Source: Blepharisma stoltei ATCC 30299
Taxonomy: Eukaryota; Protista; Ciliophora
Direction: 5' to 3'
DNA length: 64,000 bases
Assembly (NCBI GenBank): GCA_965603825.1
Contig: CBFDEM010000011.1
Coordinates: forward strand, 682,001 to 746,000
Below are positions 33,995 through 45,938 of this stretch, piece after piece (positions within the stretch are counted from its first letter, which is position 1; every line of letters begins with the position of its first letter). The translations under genes were made by a program, and so were the position numbers. Under the pieces are notes generated by a model. It was given only the letters and a program-made list of their open reading frames with translations. It made no database searches and had not been told where the DNA came from.

Positions 33995-34653
33995 TAACTT
34001 TCTTCATAAATACTTATATCCTTTAAATTTCAATTTCAGTTATTTTGAGCTAATTTAAAAAGTATGTGTGGCAAAGTCTGCTGATTCATTGATTGCTAGC
34101 CATAACGAAGAGTCCTAAAGTTTTTAAGCTCTTGATAATTTTTTTAAAAAATAGTTTATTCAGTTTAACTTTGAAAAAGCAACTTTTGCTAGAACTTATG
34201 CTATTCCTAAAGTGTGTTTTGATTTTGATGTAAAGCTTTGAGCTATATGATTATTGCTCAAATAAGTACGTTAAGACAATTAATCTAAATATTATTTATA
34301 GCCTTATTCTTTTGATAGCTCATTTGCTTGCCTATTTAAATTATCAGAAAGAAGATCCTTAAAAGCATCCAAAAATTTTATAGGGAAATAACTTTGAGAA
34401 TATTTAATTTTTAAACATTAAAATTCGTGAGAAATTTTTTATATTTAATAAAATTAATGAATAACTTTAACAATAGCAATAGTTAAGCCATTTAATTCAG
34501 AATAAATCAAATATTAGTAATCCCTATATTGTAATTACTCAAATAGACGTATTTAGCCCTCATTTATCTCGCCATTCTTTGGTTTAATAAAATTCTCAAT
34601 ATTATTGTTGATGCGGAAATAAAATTTATGTGGTGAAATAATTATAATGCTAA

Positions 34654-35575
34654 ATGAGATATAGGGGAAACCCCTATATCTTTTATTTGTTTCAATTTAT
34701 GCTTTTGCCTTTTCAGGATCTATTCTGCTTGAGATTCTGACATTGTTGCTCCACGAGAAATCGATGACGAAATTAATAGAATTCAAGACTCATGGGCTGT
34801 TTCTTCTGACTGGATTGGCCAAACGAAAGTTGCTGAAGCTAAGCAGAGAGTAGCCCAATGCCAGAGTCTCTAAAATTTCCAAAAAAAGATTGAGGTGCAC
34901 TATTAGATAACCTCTCAAATTCAACATATTTCGAGCATGACCAAATTGCATTTATCCAATTCAAAATGATAATATGTGTTATGCTGACTGGCTTGCGGCT
35001 GCTGATTCTCTTTCAGACAAACTTTGCATTGCTTCAAATAATACTGTTAATGTTGTACTATGGCTAGTAGAACTTGCAAATTTCAATTTCATAACCATAA
35101 ACCCTACATGCAATGGAGGAACACTCGAAATAGCTTGGAGATTTTAACAGAAATACGTAATAACTACAGCTAGCTGCCTCCCTCTTAGTTTGCTTGATAA
35201 ACAATATCCATGCCCTGAAAAATATACCTCATCATCAGAACAATTGAAATCATATAAAGCCGAAAATATTAAAACATACAATGGTTCATTATCTATTAAA
35301 GCTGAAATTTTAAAACGATGGCTTGTTGAGACTATAATGAAAGTTTATCAAGATTTTTTGACTTATAAAGGAGGTATTTATAAGTACACGACGAGGAATC
35401 TTGCAGGATACTTCTGTTAAAGTTATTGGATGGAGTACTCAGAATGGAACAAACTATTGAACTGTGGCTTATGCTTGGGGAACTAATTGAGCTCTGCAAG
35501 GATATTTCGGATTGCTTTTGATAAGTGCGAATTTGGCTTGCAGGCAATAACTGGAGGTTCTGTTTACTCTCATAA
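34654..35575 (+). pseudogene. cathepsin B-like unit 5, decayed pseudogene
   Basis: 17-nt palindromic insertion just after the ATG and multiple small deletions relative to units 6-8. Active-site segment NDNMCYADW. Confidence 0.9.
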
Positions 35576-35879
35576 ATAAATTGATTAATTTTACTATTCA
35601 TCAATTTGTCCATAAATTGGATAATAATGATGAATTTAAATACACTGCTTCATATAATAATTACGGCTAAACAAAATCAAAAGTAATCCGCTTCCTTATT
35701 TTTAAATAGAAAAATATATAAACCCTTAATCTAACCCTAAACTTGCTGTAAAATTTATTTATAATTGTTTATCGTTTTAAAAGAAGATTATAATGAGCCT
35801 AGTCAGAAATTCCGATATTGCAATGATTCGACAAACACATCGAACCCTTTTAGCTCATCATAGTTTTGCTTAATATAAT

Positions 35880-35938
35880 TCACCATATTATTGCTGATAT
35901 GGTGATGAAATGTACAAGGTGAAATAATTATAATAAAA
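35880..35938 (+). promoter_or_regulatory. conserved cathepsin upstream element (TCACCATAT-N8-ATATGGTGA palindrome plus GGTGAAATAA box)
   Basis: Also at 37846-37871 and 39741-39766. Degenerate versions and the GGTGAAATAA box precede most other units. Confidence 0.55.
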
Positions 35939-36855
35939 ATGAGATATCTTTTATTTGCTTCAATTTGTGCTCTAGCCTTTTCAGGACCTATTCTGTTTCA
36001 AGATTCAGACCTTGTTGCCCCACAAGAAATGATTGACGAAATTAATAGAAGTCAAGACTCATGGACTGCTTCTTCTGACTGGGTTGGCAATATGACAGTT
36101 GCTGAAGCCAAGCAGAGAGCAGCTCAAAGGCCAGGGTCTCAAAAATTTTTAAAAAAAAATCGAGGTGCACTATTAGATAGCATCTCAATTCCAGCATCTT
36201 TTGATGCAAGGCAACAATGGCCAAATTGCATTCATCCAATTCAAAATGATGACAATTGTCATGCTGGCTGGGCGTTTGCAGCTGCTGATACTCTTTCAGA
36301 CAGATTTTGCATTGCTTCAAACGGTACCGTAAATGTTGTGCTATCGGCAGCAGAAATTGTACTTTGCCTATTAGAAAAGCCTTCATGCACTTTAGGAACA
36401 ACTGATTTAGCTTGGAATTTTATAAAAGATATGGAACAATGTCAGAAAGATGCATGCCACAAAGCTTGATAGCTACAAGTAAAATATGCCCTACTGTATG
36501 CCACCCCATTGACATTATTATCTATTATAAAGTCAAAAAAATTTACACATTCCAAGGCCAACCAGAAATTCAAGTTGGAATTTTAAAAGGAGGGCCTGTT
36601 GAAGTTAATATGGAAGTTTATCAAGATTTTTTGACTTATAAAGGAGGTATTTATAAGCACACGACGGGGAATCTTGTAGGATACACTTCTGTTAAAGTGA
36701 TTGGATGGGGTAATCAGAACGGAACAAACTACTGAATAGCAGCAAACGCTTGGGGAACTAGTTGGGGTCTGCAAGGATATTTTTGGATTGCTTTCGGTCA
36801 GTGCAATTTTGACGTTGAAGCTATAGCTGGAAAACCTGATTATGAACCTGAATAA
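35939..36855 (+). pseudogene. cathepsin B-like unit 6, non-peptidase homolog with a single frameshift (possible assembly error)
   Basis: NDDNCHAGW, GYTSVK. One base is missing in the A-run near 36424-36429 relative to unit 8. Otherwise open. Confidence 0.7.
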
Positions 36856-37904
36856 TAAGAAGCAAGCTATAAATCCAAAAATAATAATCTTAAAAGAATA
36901 TAAAGCATCTTGCTTTAAATAATAATTCTATAATAAAGGATAAAAATGCGCTATTATCGAGCTTCTTCTCTCGTAGCTAACGAAAGTAAATTTTGCTACT
37001 TGTGAAGTGAGCTATGAAGAGCCTAATTGATTAACACTGATAAGTAGCTTACTTTCATATAAATGCAGATTATTTATCTCTAATCGCTTTCTTTGCTATT
37101 TATTATAAGATTATTTTTAATTCTTTTTTCTACTTTTTCAGGTTTATGCAAGAAATTATCAGTCTTCTTCTAATATTGGAATAATTCTACTTTAAGAACT
37201 AAAAAGAAGTTATGGAATATACTTTATCTACAGAAGAACTTTTCTAATTGTATCTTGTTTCAAAACTTATGAAAAGAAAGGAAGATTTAAAAAAATGTGA
37301 TTTCGTTAGAGCTTGCTATGCAGACGCTAATTTATTAAATACATATAATTTTAAAAATTGAGTTAATAAAATACTTACTTAAGTATGCTTTCTTTATTTA
37401 CTCTACCATTTTAGTGAAAAATTATTGCAATTGATAAATTGTGCTGAAACTAAATAATTTCTTCCTCTTCTAGTTGCTTTTATAAAAACGTCAAAGTTCC
37501 TTGCTGGTAGTAATTTCTTAAAATGGACTCCAATTTATATATTTAAATAAAACACTATTTACTCAATGAAAATTCACCATTTTGTAGGCGAGATAAAAAT
37601 AAAACAATCGTGGTGAAATAATATAAATTAAACTATAACTTTAAGAGTATTCTAGGCTATATTTTAGAAAAAACCGAGGTGCCCTCAGGCCCTTAATCTA
37701 ACCCTAAACTTGCTGTAAATTTTATTTATAATTGTTTAATGTTTTAAAAGAATATTATAATGAGCCTAGTCAGAAATCCGATATTGCAATGACTCGACAA
37801 GCACATCGAGCCCTTTTAGCTCATCATAGTTTTGTTTAATATAATTCACCATATTATTGTTGATATGGTGATGAAATGTACAAGGTGAAATAATTATAAT
37901 AAAA

Positions 37905-38819
37905 ATGAGATATCTTTTATTTGCTTCAATTTGTGCTTTAGCCTTTTCAGGACCTATTCTGTTTCAAGATTCAGACCTTGTTGCCCCACAAGAAATGATT
38001 GACGAAATTAATAGAGTTCAAGACTCATGGACTGCTTCTTCTGACTGGGTTGGCAATATGACAGTTGCTGAAGCCAAGCAGAGAGTAGCTCCAACAATAG
38101 GGTCTCAAAAATTTTCAAACAACGATTGAGGTGAACTATTAAATTACCTCTCATTTCCAGCAACTTTCGATTCGAGGCAACAATGGCCAAATTGCATTCA
38201 TCCAATTCAAAATGATAGCGATTGCCATGCTGGCTGGGCGTTTGCAGCTGCTGATTCTCTTTCAGACAGATTTTGCATTGCTTCAAACGGTACCGTAAAT
38301 AATGAGCTATCGGCAGCATTTATTGTACTTTGCAGTCTAGCTTCTCCTTCATGCATTGAAGGAACAACTGATTCAGCTTGGAACTTTTTAAAGCAATTTG
38401 GAATACCTAAAGCAAGTTGCACTCCTCTCAGCTTGATAGGCAGTAGTCAATGCCCTAGTTTGTGCCACCCCCTTGCTCCATTTACCTTATTTAAAGTCAA
38501 AAAAATTTACACATTCCAAGGCCAACCAGAAATTCAAGCTGGAATTTTAACAGGAGGGCCAGTTGAAGTTAATATGGAAGTTTATCAAGATTTTTTGACT
38601 TATAAAGGAGGTGTTTATAAGCATACGACGGGGAAACTTATAGGATACACTTCTGTTAAAGTGATTGGATGGGGTAATCAGAACGGAACAAACTACTGAA
38701 TAGCAGCAAACGCTTGGGGAACTAGTTGGGGTCTGCAAGGATATTTTTGGATTGCTTTCGGCCAGTGCAAATTTGACGTAGAAGCTATTGCTGGAAACCC
38801 CGATTATAAAGCTCAATAA
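37905..38819 (+). CDS. cathepsin B-like unit 7, intact non-peptidase homolog
   Basis: 304-aa ORF with TGA=Trp. NDSDCHAGW, GYTSVK, ANAW. Confidence 0.88.
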
Positions 38820-39799
38820 TAAGAAGTAAGCTATAAATCCAAAAATAATAATCTTAAAATTTAAAGAATATAAAGCATTTTGCTTTAAAATAATAATTCT
38901 ATAATAAAGGATAAATATTCGGTATTATCGAGCTTCTGCTCTCGTAGCTAATGAAAGAATATTTTGCTACTTGTGAAGTGAGCTATGAAGAGCTTAATTG
39001 ATTTATACTGATAAGTAGCTTACTTTCATATAAGTGTAGATTATTTATCTCTAATGCACTTTCTTTGCTATTTATTATAAAATTATTTTCAATTCTTTTT
39101 TTCAATCTTAGTTATATATAAATATTTGTAATAACTGATAAAATGGGTTTAAGTTTATCAAAATAAGATAAATGAATAATATGAATGTTTAAAGCTTACT
39201 TTTCAGGTTTACTAAAAGAGATGATTAACCTTCTTCTAATATTTTTGAAGCTCTTGTTTCAAAATTTAAAAAATGTGATCCCATTAGGGCTTGCTAAGTA
39301 TGCTTTCTTTATTTATTCTTCCTCTTCTACTTGCTTTTATAAAACGTCAAAGTTCCTTGCTAGTAGTAATTTCTTAAAATGGACTCGAATTTATACATTT
39401 ACACAAAACACTATTTACTAAATGAATATTCACCATTTTATAGGCGATATAAAATAAAACAATCGTGATGAAATAATAGGTTATTTGTGTAAATATTATA
39501 ATGCTTAGATTTTTAAGTACTACTGTAACTGTTACTTTAGAGTATTCTGAACTATATTTTCGAAAAAACCAAGGTGCCCTCAGGCCCTTAATCTAACCCT
39601 AAACTTGCTGTAAAATTTATTTATAATTGTTTATCGTTTTAAAAGAATATTATAATGAGCCTAGTCAGAAATCCGATATTGTAATGACTCGACAAGCACA
39701 TCGAACCCTTTTAGCTCATCATAGTTTTGCTCAATATAATTCACCATATTATTGTTGATATGGTGATGAAATGTACAAGGTGAAATAATTATAATAAAA

Positions 39800-40717
39800 A
39801 TGAGATATCTTTTATTTGTTTCAATTTGTGCTTTAGCCTTTTCAGGACCTATTCTGTTTCAAGATTCAGACCTTGTTGCCCCACAAGAAATGATTGACGA
39901 AATTAATAGAGTTCAAGACTCATGGACTGCTTCTTCTGACTGGGTTGGCAATATGACAGTTGCTGAAGCCAAGCAGAGAGTAGCTCCAACAATAGGGTCT
40001 CAAAAATTTTTAAAAAAAAATTGAGGTGCACTATTAGATAACCTCTCAGTTCCAGCATCTTTTGACGCAAGGCAACAATGGCCAAATTGCATTCATCCAA
40101 TTCAAAATGATGGCAATTGTCATGCTGGCTGGGCGTTTGCAGCTGCTGATACTCTTTCAGACAGATTTTGCATTGCTTCAAACGGTACCGTAAATGTTGT
40201 GCTATCGGCAGCAGAAATTGTACTTTGCAGTCTAGAAAAACCTTCATGCATTGGAGGAACAACTGATGTAGCTTGGACTTTTATACAGCAATATGGAACA
40301 AATTCAGAAAGATGCACGCCACAAAGCTTGATAGCTACAAGTAAAGTATGCCCTACTGTATGCCACCCCATTGACATTATTATCTATTATAAAGTCAAAA
40401 AAATTTACACATTCCAAGGCCAACCAGAAATTCAAGCTGGAATTTTATCAGGAGGGCCTGTTGAAGTTAATATGGAAGTTTATCAAGATTTTTTGACTTA
40501 TAAAGGAGGTGTTTATAAGCACACGACGGGGAATCTTGTAGGATACACTTCTGTTAAAGTGATTGGATGGGGTAATCAGAACGGAACAAACTACTGAATA
40601 GCAGCAAACGCTTGGGGAACTAGTTGGGGTCTGCAAGGATATTTTTGGATTGCTTTCGGTCAGTGCAATTTTGACGTAGAAGCTATAGCTGGAAAACCTG
40701 ATTATAAAGCTCAATAA
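39800..40717 (+). CDS. cathepsin B-like unit 8, intact non-peptidase homolog
   Basis: 305-aa ORF with TGA=Trp. NDGNCHAGW, GYTSVK. Confidence 0.88.
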
Positions 40718-41569
40718 TAAGAAGTAAGCTATAAATCCAAAAATAATAATCTTAAAATTTAAAGAATACAAAGCATTTTGCTTTAAATAATAATTCTATA
40801 ATAAAGCTTCTTCTCTCGTAGCTAACGAAAGTAAATTTTGTTACTTGTAAAGTGCGCTATGAAGAGCCTAATTGATTTGCACTGATAAGTAGCATACTTT
40901 CATCAAAATGCAGATTATTTATCTCTAATGCACTTTCTTTGCTATTTATTATAAGATTATTTTCAATTCTTTTTTTCAATCTTAATAATATATAAATATT
41001 TCAATTTCTGATAAAATGGGTTTAAGTTTATCAAAAAATAAAAGAATAATAAGAATGCTTGAAGCTTACTTTTTCATGTTTTATAAAAGAGATTATTAGC
41101 CTTCTTCTAATATTAGAATAATTTCTACTTTAAGAAAGTTATAGCATATACTTCATCTGCAGAAGAACTTTCCTAATTATATCGCAGTCTTCATTTTTGG
41201 AGTAATTGTTTCCAAGCTTCTGAAAAGCAAGGAAGATTTAAAAAATGTAATTCAGTTAGAGCTTGCTATGTAAACGCTAATTTATTAAACACATATGATT
41301 TTAAAAATTGGCTTAATAAAATACTTACTTAAGTATGCTTTCTTTATTTATTCTACCATTTTAGTTAAAAATTATAAAAATTGATAAATTGTGCTTAAAC
41401 TAAATAATTTCTTCCTCTTCTAGTTGCTTTTATAAAACGTCAAAATCCCTGCTGTTAGTAATTTTTAAAATGGACTCCAATTTATATATTTATACAAAAC
41501 ACTATTTACTAAATGAAAACTCACCATTTTGTAGGCGAGATAAAAATAAAACAATCGTGGTGAAGTAAA

Positions 41570-42514
41570 ATGAAATATCTTTTGTTTGTATCTCTTTTTG
41601 TGTTAACCCTTTCAGGGCCTGCTGTTGAGCCTAAAGACTCAGATCTTGTTGCCCCACAGGAAATGATTGATGAAATCAACCGAGTCCAAGACTTATGAAT
41701 TGCGTCATCTGAGTGGGTTGGAAATATGACATTTGCTCAAGCCAAACTTTACGCATCTTCAAAATTGGAAGCTAAAAAATTTCCAGAAAAAGACTGGGGT
41801 GCACTTTTAGACTACCTCTCAATTCCGGCATCTTTCGATTCAAGAACGCAATGGCCTTACTGCACAAAACCCTTATGGTACGGTGATGATTGTAATGCCG
41901 GCTGAGCATTTGCAGCAGCCGAAACTATGACAGACAGGTTTTGCATTGCAACAAAAGGAGCATTCAATATCACATTTTCCCCTCTTTATCTAATAATTTG
42001 TGATGTTACCTTGCCCGAACTAGGGTGCTTGGGAGGAACCGCTGAAAATTGCTGGGATTATATGAGGACTACAGGGATCACTTCAATAAAATGCTTTCCT
42101 TATAATCCTGGTGACTGGAATCAATACTGCCCTTATGATGAATGCCGTTGGGGAACAGAGATTACTCTTTACAAGACTTTGTCTGTGAATACTTTCACTA
42201 GCCCATCATCTATTCAAGCAGAAATATTGCAAAATGGCCCAATTGAAGCTACAATGACTGTTTATGCAGATTTCCAAGCATATAAAGGAGGTATTTATAA
42301 GCATACCACAGGGGGTCTTGTAGGGTACACCAGCGTGAAAATTATTGGGTGGGGAAACCAAAGCGGAACGAATTATTGGATTGCAGGCACATCTTGGGGA
42401 TCTACTTGGGGTATGAAAGGATACTTTAATATTGCTTTTGGACAATGCGGCATCGATCGCGCTGGTGTAGCTGGCCCTCCTGATCTTTCAAATATTCCAA
42501 CCATTAAAATTTAA
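41570..42514 (+). CDS. cathepsin B-like unit 9, intact non-peptidase homolog (all catalytic residues lost)
   Basis: 314-aa ORF. YGDDCNAGW (W encoded by TGA), GYTSVK, AGTSW (N>T). Confidence 0.88.
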
Positions 42515-43809
42515 TGATCTAAGCATTCATTTATAAAAATATACATTTTAATACTTTAAGCAGTTCACAAAGAAAAAATTCTTTTCATTTAATAAAATAT
42601 TGCTAATTTAAAATTTAAAGATTAAAAATGAATTAATCATTTTTAATTTTATTATTCCAGGCTTTAAAATTTTCTTCAAAAAGTTTAAATAAAAGAAATA
42701 AAAAACTCTCTATAATCAATTATTCTTAATCTTACCAATAATTTTATATATACTGAAAGCTTTAATATTATTACTTATTTAGCTTTTAATATTTTTTTAA
42801 TTAATGTCTTGAACATTTGTAATATTGTATAACATTTTATAGTAAACATATTTAATTAAGTTTATTTTATTGTTTATATGGCCTATTTAATTTTTTATTA
42901 ACTTTCTTCTATTTAATTTTATTCGATGTTTGATTTCCCAGTCTCATCGATATATTATCAATATGATGAAAAATTAATTTTCAAAAAATCCCCTAAAAGC
43001 AAATGATTTTTACTCATAAATCAGAGCTAATGCATGTGGCTAAAATTTTTAATAAATTGCCCCGAGAAAATGTATTACTATTATAAAACGCAAAGCAAAT
43101 GGCATAGAGTTAATATTCCTTGGATTCAACCGACTATATTATAGCAAAATCTTAATGATTATTTCATTCTTTATTCATCTCTGAATTTAAATAAATTAGA
43201 AATTCAGCTTACTACTTCAACTTCTCCCATTTCTCTAATAATACTCTGTTTGTATACATTCTGTTTTTTAGTTTCTTTCTTTTCAAACATCAGTTTATTA
43301 AGCCCTTTGCACCGCTTGCTATTTTCCCTTCATTCACTCCAAGGAGAATAAAAAAATTTCTTATTCAGAGAGAGTTTAATTTTTTGATGAAAATTTTTTG
43401 GTGGTTCTGAAACTTTTCAATTTGAAGTAACCTGAAAAAGACTAAGATAACAATTAATCTATCTAATCCAATATTTTTGAAGCTCTTGCTTCAAAATTTA
43501 AAAAATGTGATGCCATTAGAGCTTGCTCTGTAAACTCTAGCTACAAATGATTTTAAAAATTGACTTAATAAATACTTACTTAAATATGCTTTCTTTATTT
43601 ATTCTACCATTTTTAGATAAAAATTATAAAAATTATTTACAACTAAATAATCTCTTCTAGCTGCTTTTATAAAAACGTCAATGTTCCATTCTGGTAGTAA
43701 TTTCTTAAAATGAACTCCAATTTATATATTTATACAAAACACTATTTACTAAATGAAAACTCACCATTTTGTAGGCGAGATAAAAATAAAACAATCGTGG
43801 TGAAATAAA

Positions 43810-44754
43810 ATGAAATATCTTTTGTTTGTATCTCTTTATGTTTTAGCCCTTTCAGGGCCTGCTGTTGAGCCTAAAGACTCAGATCTTGTTGCTCCACAGG
43901 AAATGATTGATGAAATCAACCGAGTCCAAGACTTATGAATTGCGTCATCTGAGTGGGTTGGAAATATGACATTTGCTCAAGCCAAACTTTACGCATCTTC
44001 AAAATTGGAAGCTAAAAAATTTCCAGAAAAAGACTGGGGTGCACTTTTAGACTACCTCTCAATTCCAGCATCTTTCGATTCAAGAACGCAATGGCCAAAC
44101 TGCACAAAACCCTTATGGGACGGTCAAAATTGTAATGGCGGCTGGGCATTTGCTGCAGCCGAAACTATGACAGACAGGTTTTGCATTGCAACAAAAGGAG
44201 CATTCAATATCACATTTTCCCCTCTTTATCTAATAATTTGTGATGACACCATGTCCGAAAAAATGTGCTATGGAGGAAGCGCTGAAAGTTGTTGGGATTA
44301 TATGAGGACAACAGGAATTACTTCAATAGAATGCTTTCCTTATCATCCTGGTGACTGAGATCAATGGTGCCCTGATGATACATGCCGTTGGGGAACAAAG
44401 ATTACTCTATACAAGACTAAATCTGTGAAAACTTTCACTAGCCCATCGTCTATTCAAGCAGAAATATTGCAAAATGGCCCAATTGAAGCTACAATGACTG
44501 TTTATGCAGATTTCCAAGCATATAAAGGAGGTATTTATAAGCATACCACAGGGAAACTTGTAGGGTACACCAGCGTGAAAATTATTGGGTGGGGAAACCA
44601 AAGCGGAACGAATTATTGGATTGCAGGCAACTCTTGGGGATCTACTTGGGGTATGCAAGGATACTTTAATATTGCTTTTGGACAGTGCGGCATCGATAGT
44701 GCTGGTGTAGCTGGCCCTCCTGATCTTTCAAATATTCCAGCCAGTAAAATTTAA
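43810..44754 (+). CDS. cathepsin B-like unit 10, intact non-peptidase homolog
   Basis: 314-aa ORF with TGA=Trp. DGQNCNGGW, GYTSVK, AGNSW. Confidence 0.88.
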
Positions 44755-45938
44755 TAATCTAAGCACGCATCTATAAAAATACACATTCTAATACTATAAG
44801 CAGTTCACAAAGAAAAAATTCTTTTCATTTAATAAAATATTGCTAATTTAATATTAAAAGACTAAAAAATGAATTAACCATTTTTAATTTTATTATTCCA
44901 GGCTTTAAAATTTTCTTCAAAAAGTTTAAATAAAAGAGATAAAAAGCTCTCTATAATCAATTATTCTTAATCTTGCCAATAGCTTTATATATGCTGAAAG
45001 CTTTAATATTATTACTTATTTAGATTTTAATATTTTTTCAACTAATGTCTTGAACATTTGTAATATTGTATAACATTTTATAGTAAACATATTTAATTAA
45101 GTTTATTTTATTGTTTATATGGCCTATTTAATTTTTTATTAACTTTCTTCTATTTAATTTTATTCGATGTTTGATTTCCCAGTCTCATCGATATATTATC
45201 AATATTGCTCAATGCAAGCTTTAATGCCTATGGCTAAAAATTTTGGTAAATTGCCCCGAGAAAATGCATTACTATTATAAAACGCAAAGCTAATGGCATA
45301 GAGCTAATATTCCTTGAACTCAACCGACTATATTATAGCACAATCTTAATGATTATTTCATTCTTTATTTCATATCTTAATTTTAAATAAATTATAAACT
45401 GAGTTTGCTACTTCAACTTCTCCCATTTCTCTAATAATACTCTTCTTGCGTACATTCTATTTTTTAGTTTCTTTATTTTCAAATATCAATTATTAAGCCC
45501 TTTGCACCGTTTGCTATTTTCCGTTCAGAGACTCCAAGGAGAATAAAAATAATTTCTTTATTCAGAGAGAGTTAATGTTTTGATGAAAATTTTTTTGTGG
45601 TTACCTGAAGAAGACTTTATTTCTTTCTATAATTTTTACTTTTTTATTGGGTTAAATTCCAAAATTATCACAATGCATTTTGTCTTAGCACATGCTTTTT
45701 AATTTCTTCTTCCATTTTTAGACAAAAATATAATGATTATTGTAGCTAATAAATCATCTAAAAATAAGTGAGTATATCTCTGATACTTATAGTTCAAATA
45801 AGATATCAAAATAGGTTATTGTTCGTAATTACAAAAATAATTCTGATTATCTATACTCACTTCAAAATAATTTCTTCAATAAAAATTCGCCATATTACAG
45901 GCGATATGGAGATAAAATCCTTGAGGCGAAATAATAAA

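Noticed and set aside
39185-39421. 78-aa ORF in the spacer
   Set aside because: The homologous spacers after units 6 and 8 do not preserve the frame
44743-44754. C-terminal SKI of unit 10 as a peroxisomal targeting signal
   Set aside because: The protein has an N-terminal signal peptide and the sister unit ends IKI, so probably coincidental
29783-44754. TGA codons as selenocysteine replacing the catalytic Cys
   Set aside because: TGA aligns to Trp positions, and the nucleophile position carries Gly codons
45768-45938. 57-aa N-terminal extension of unit 11 (also 48831 for unit 13)
   Set aside because: Non-ATG start running through the conserved upstream element. The real starts are the signal-peptide ATGs.
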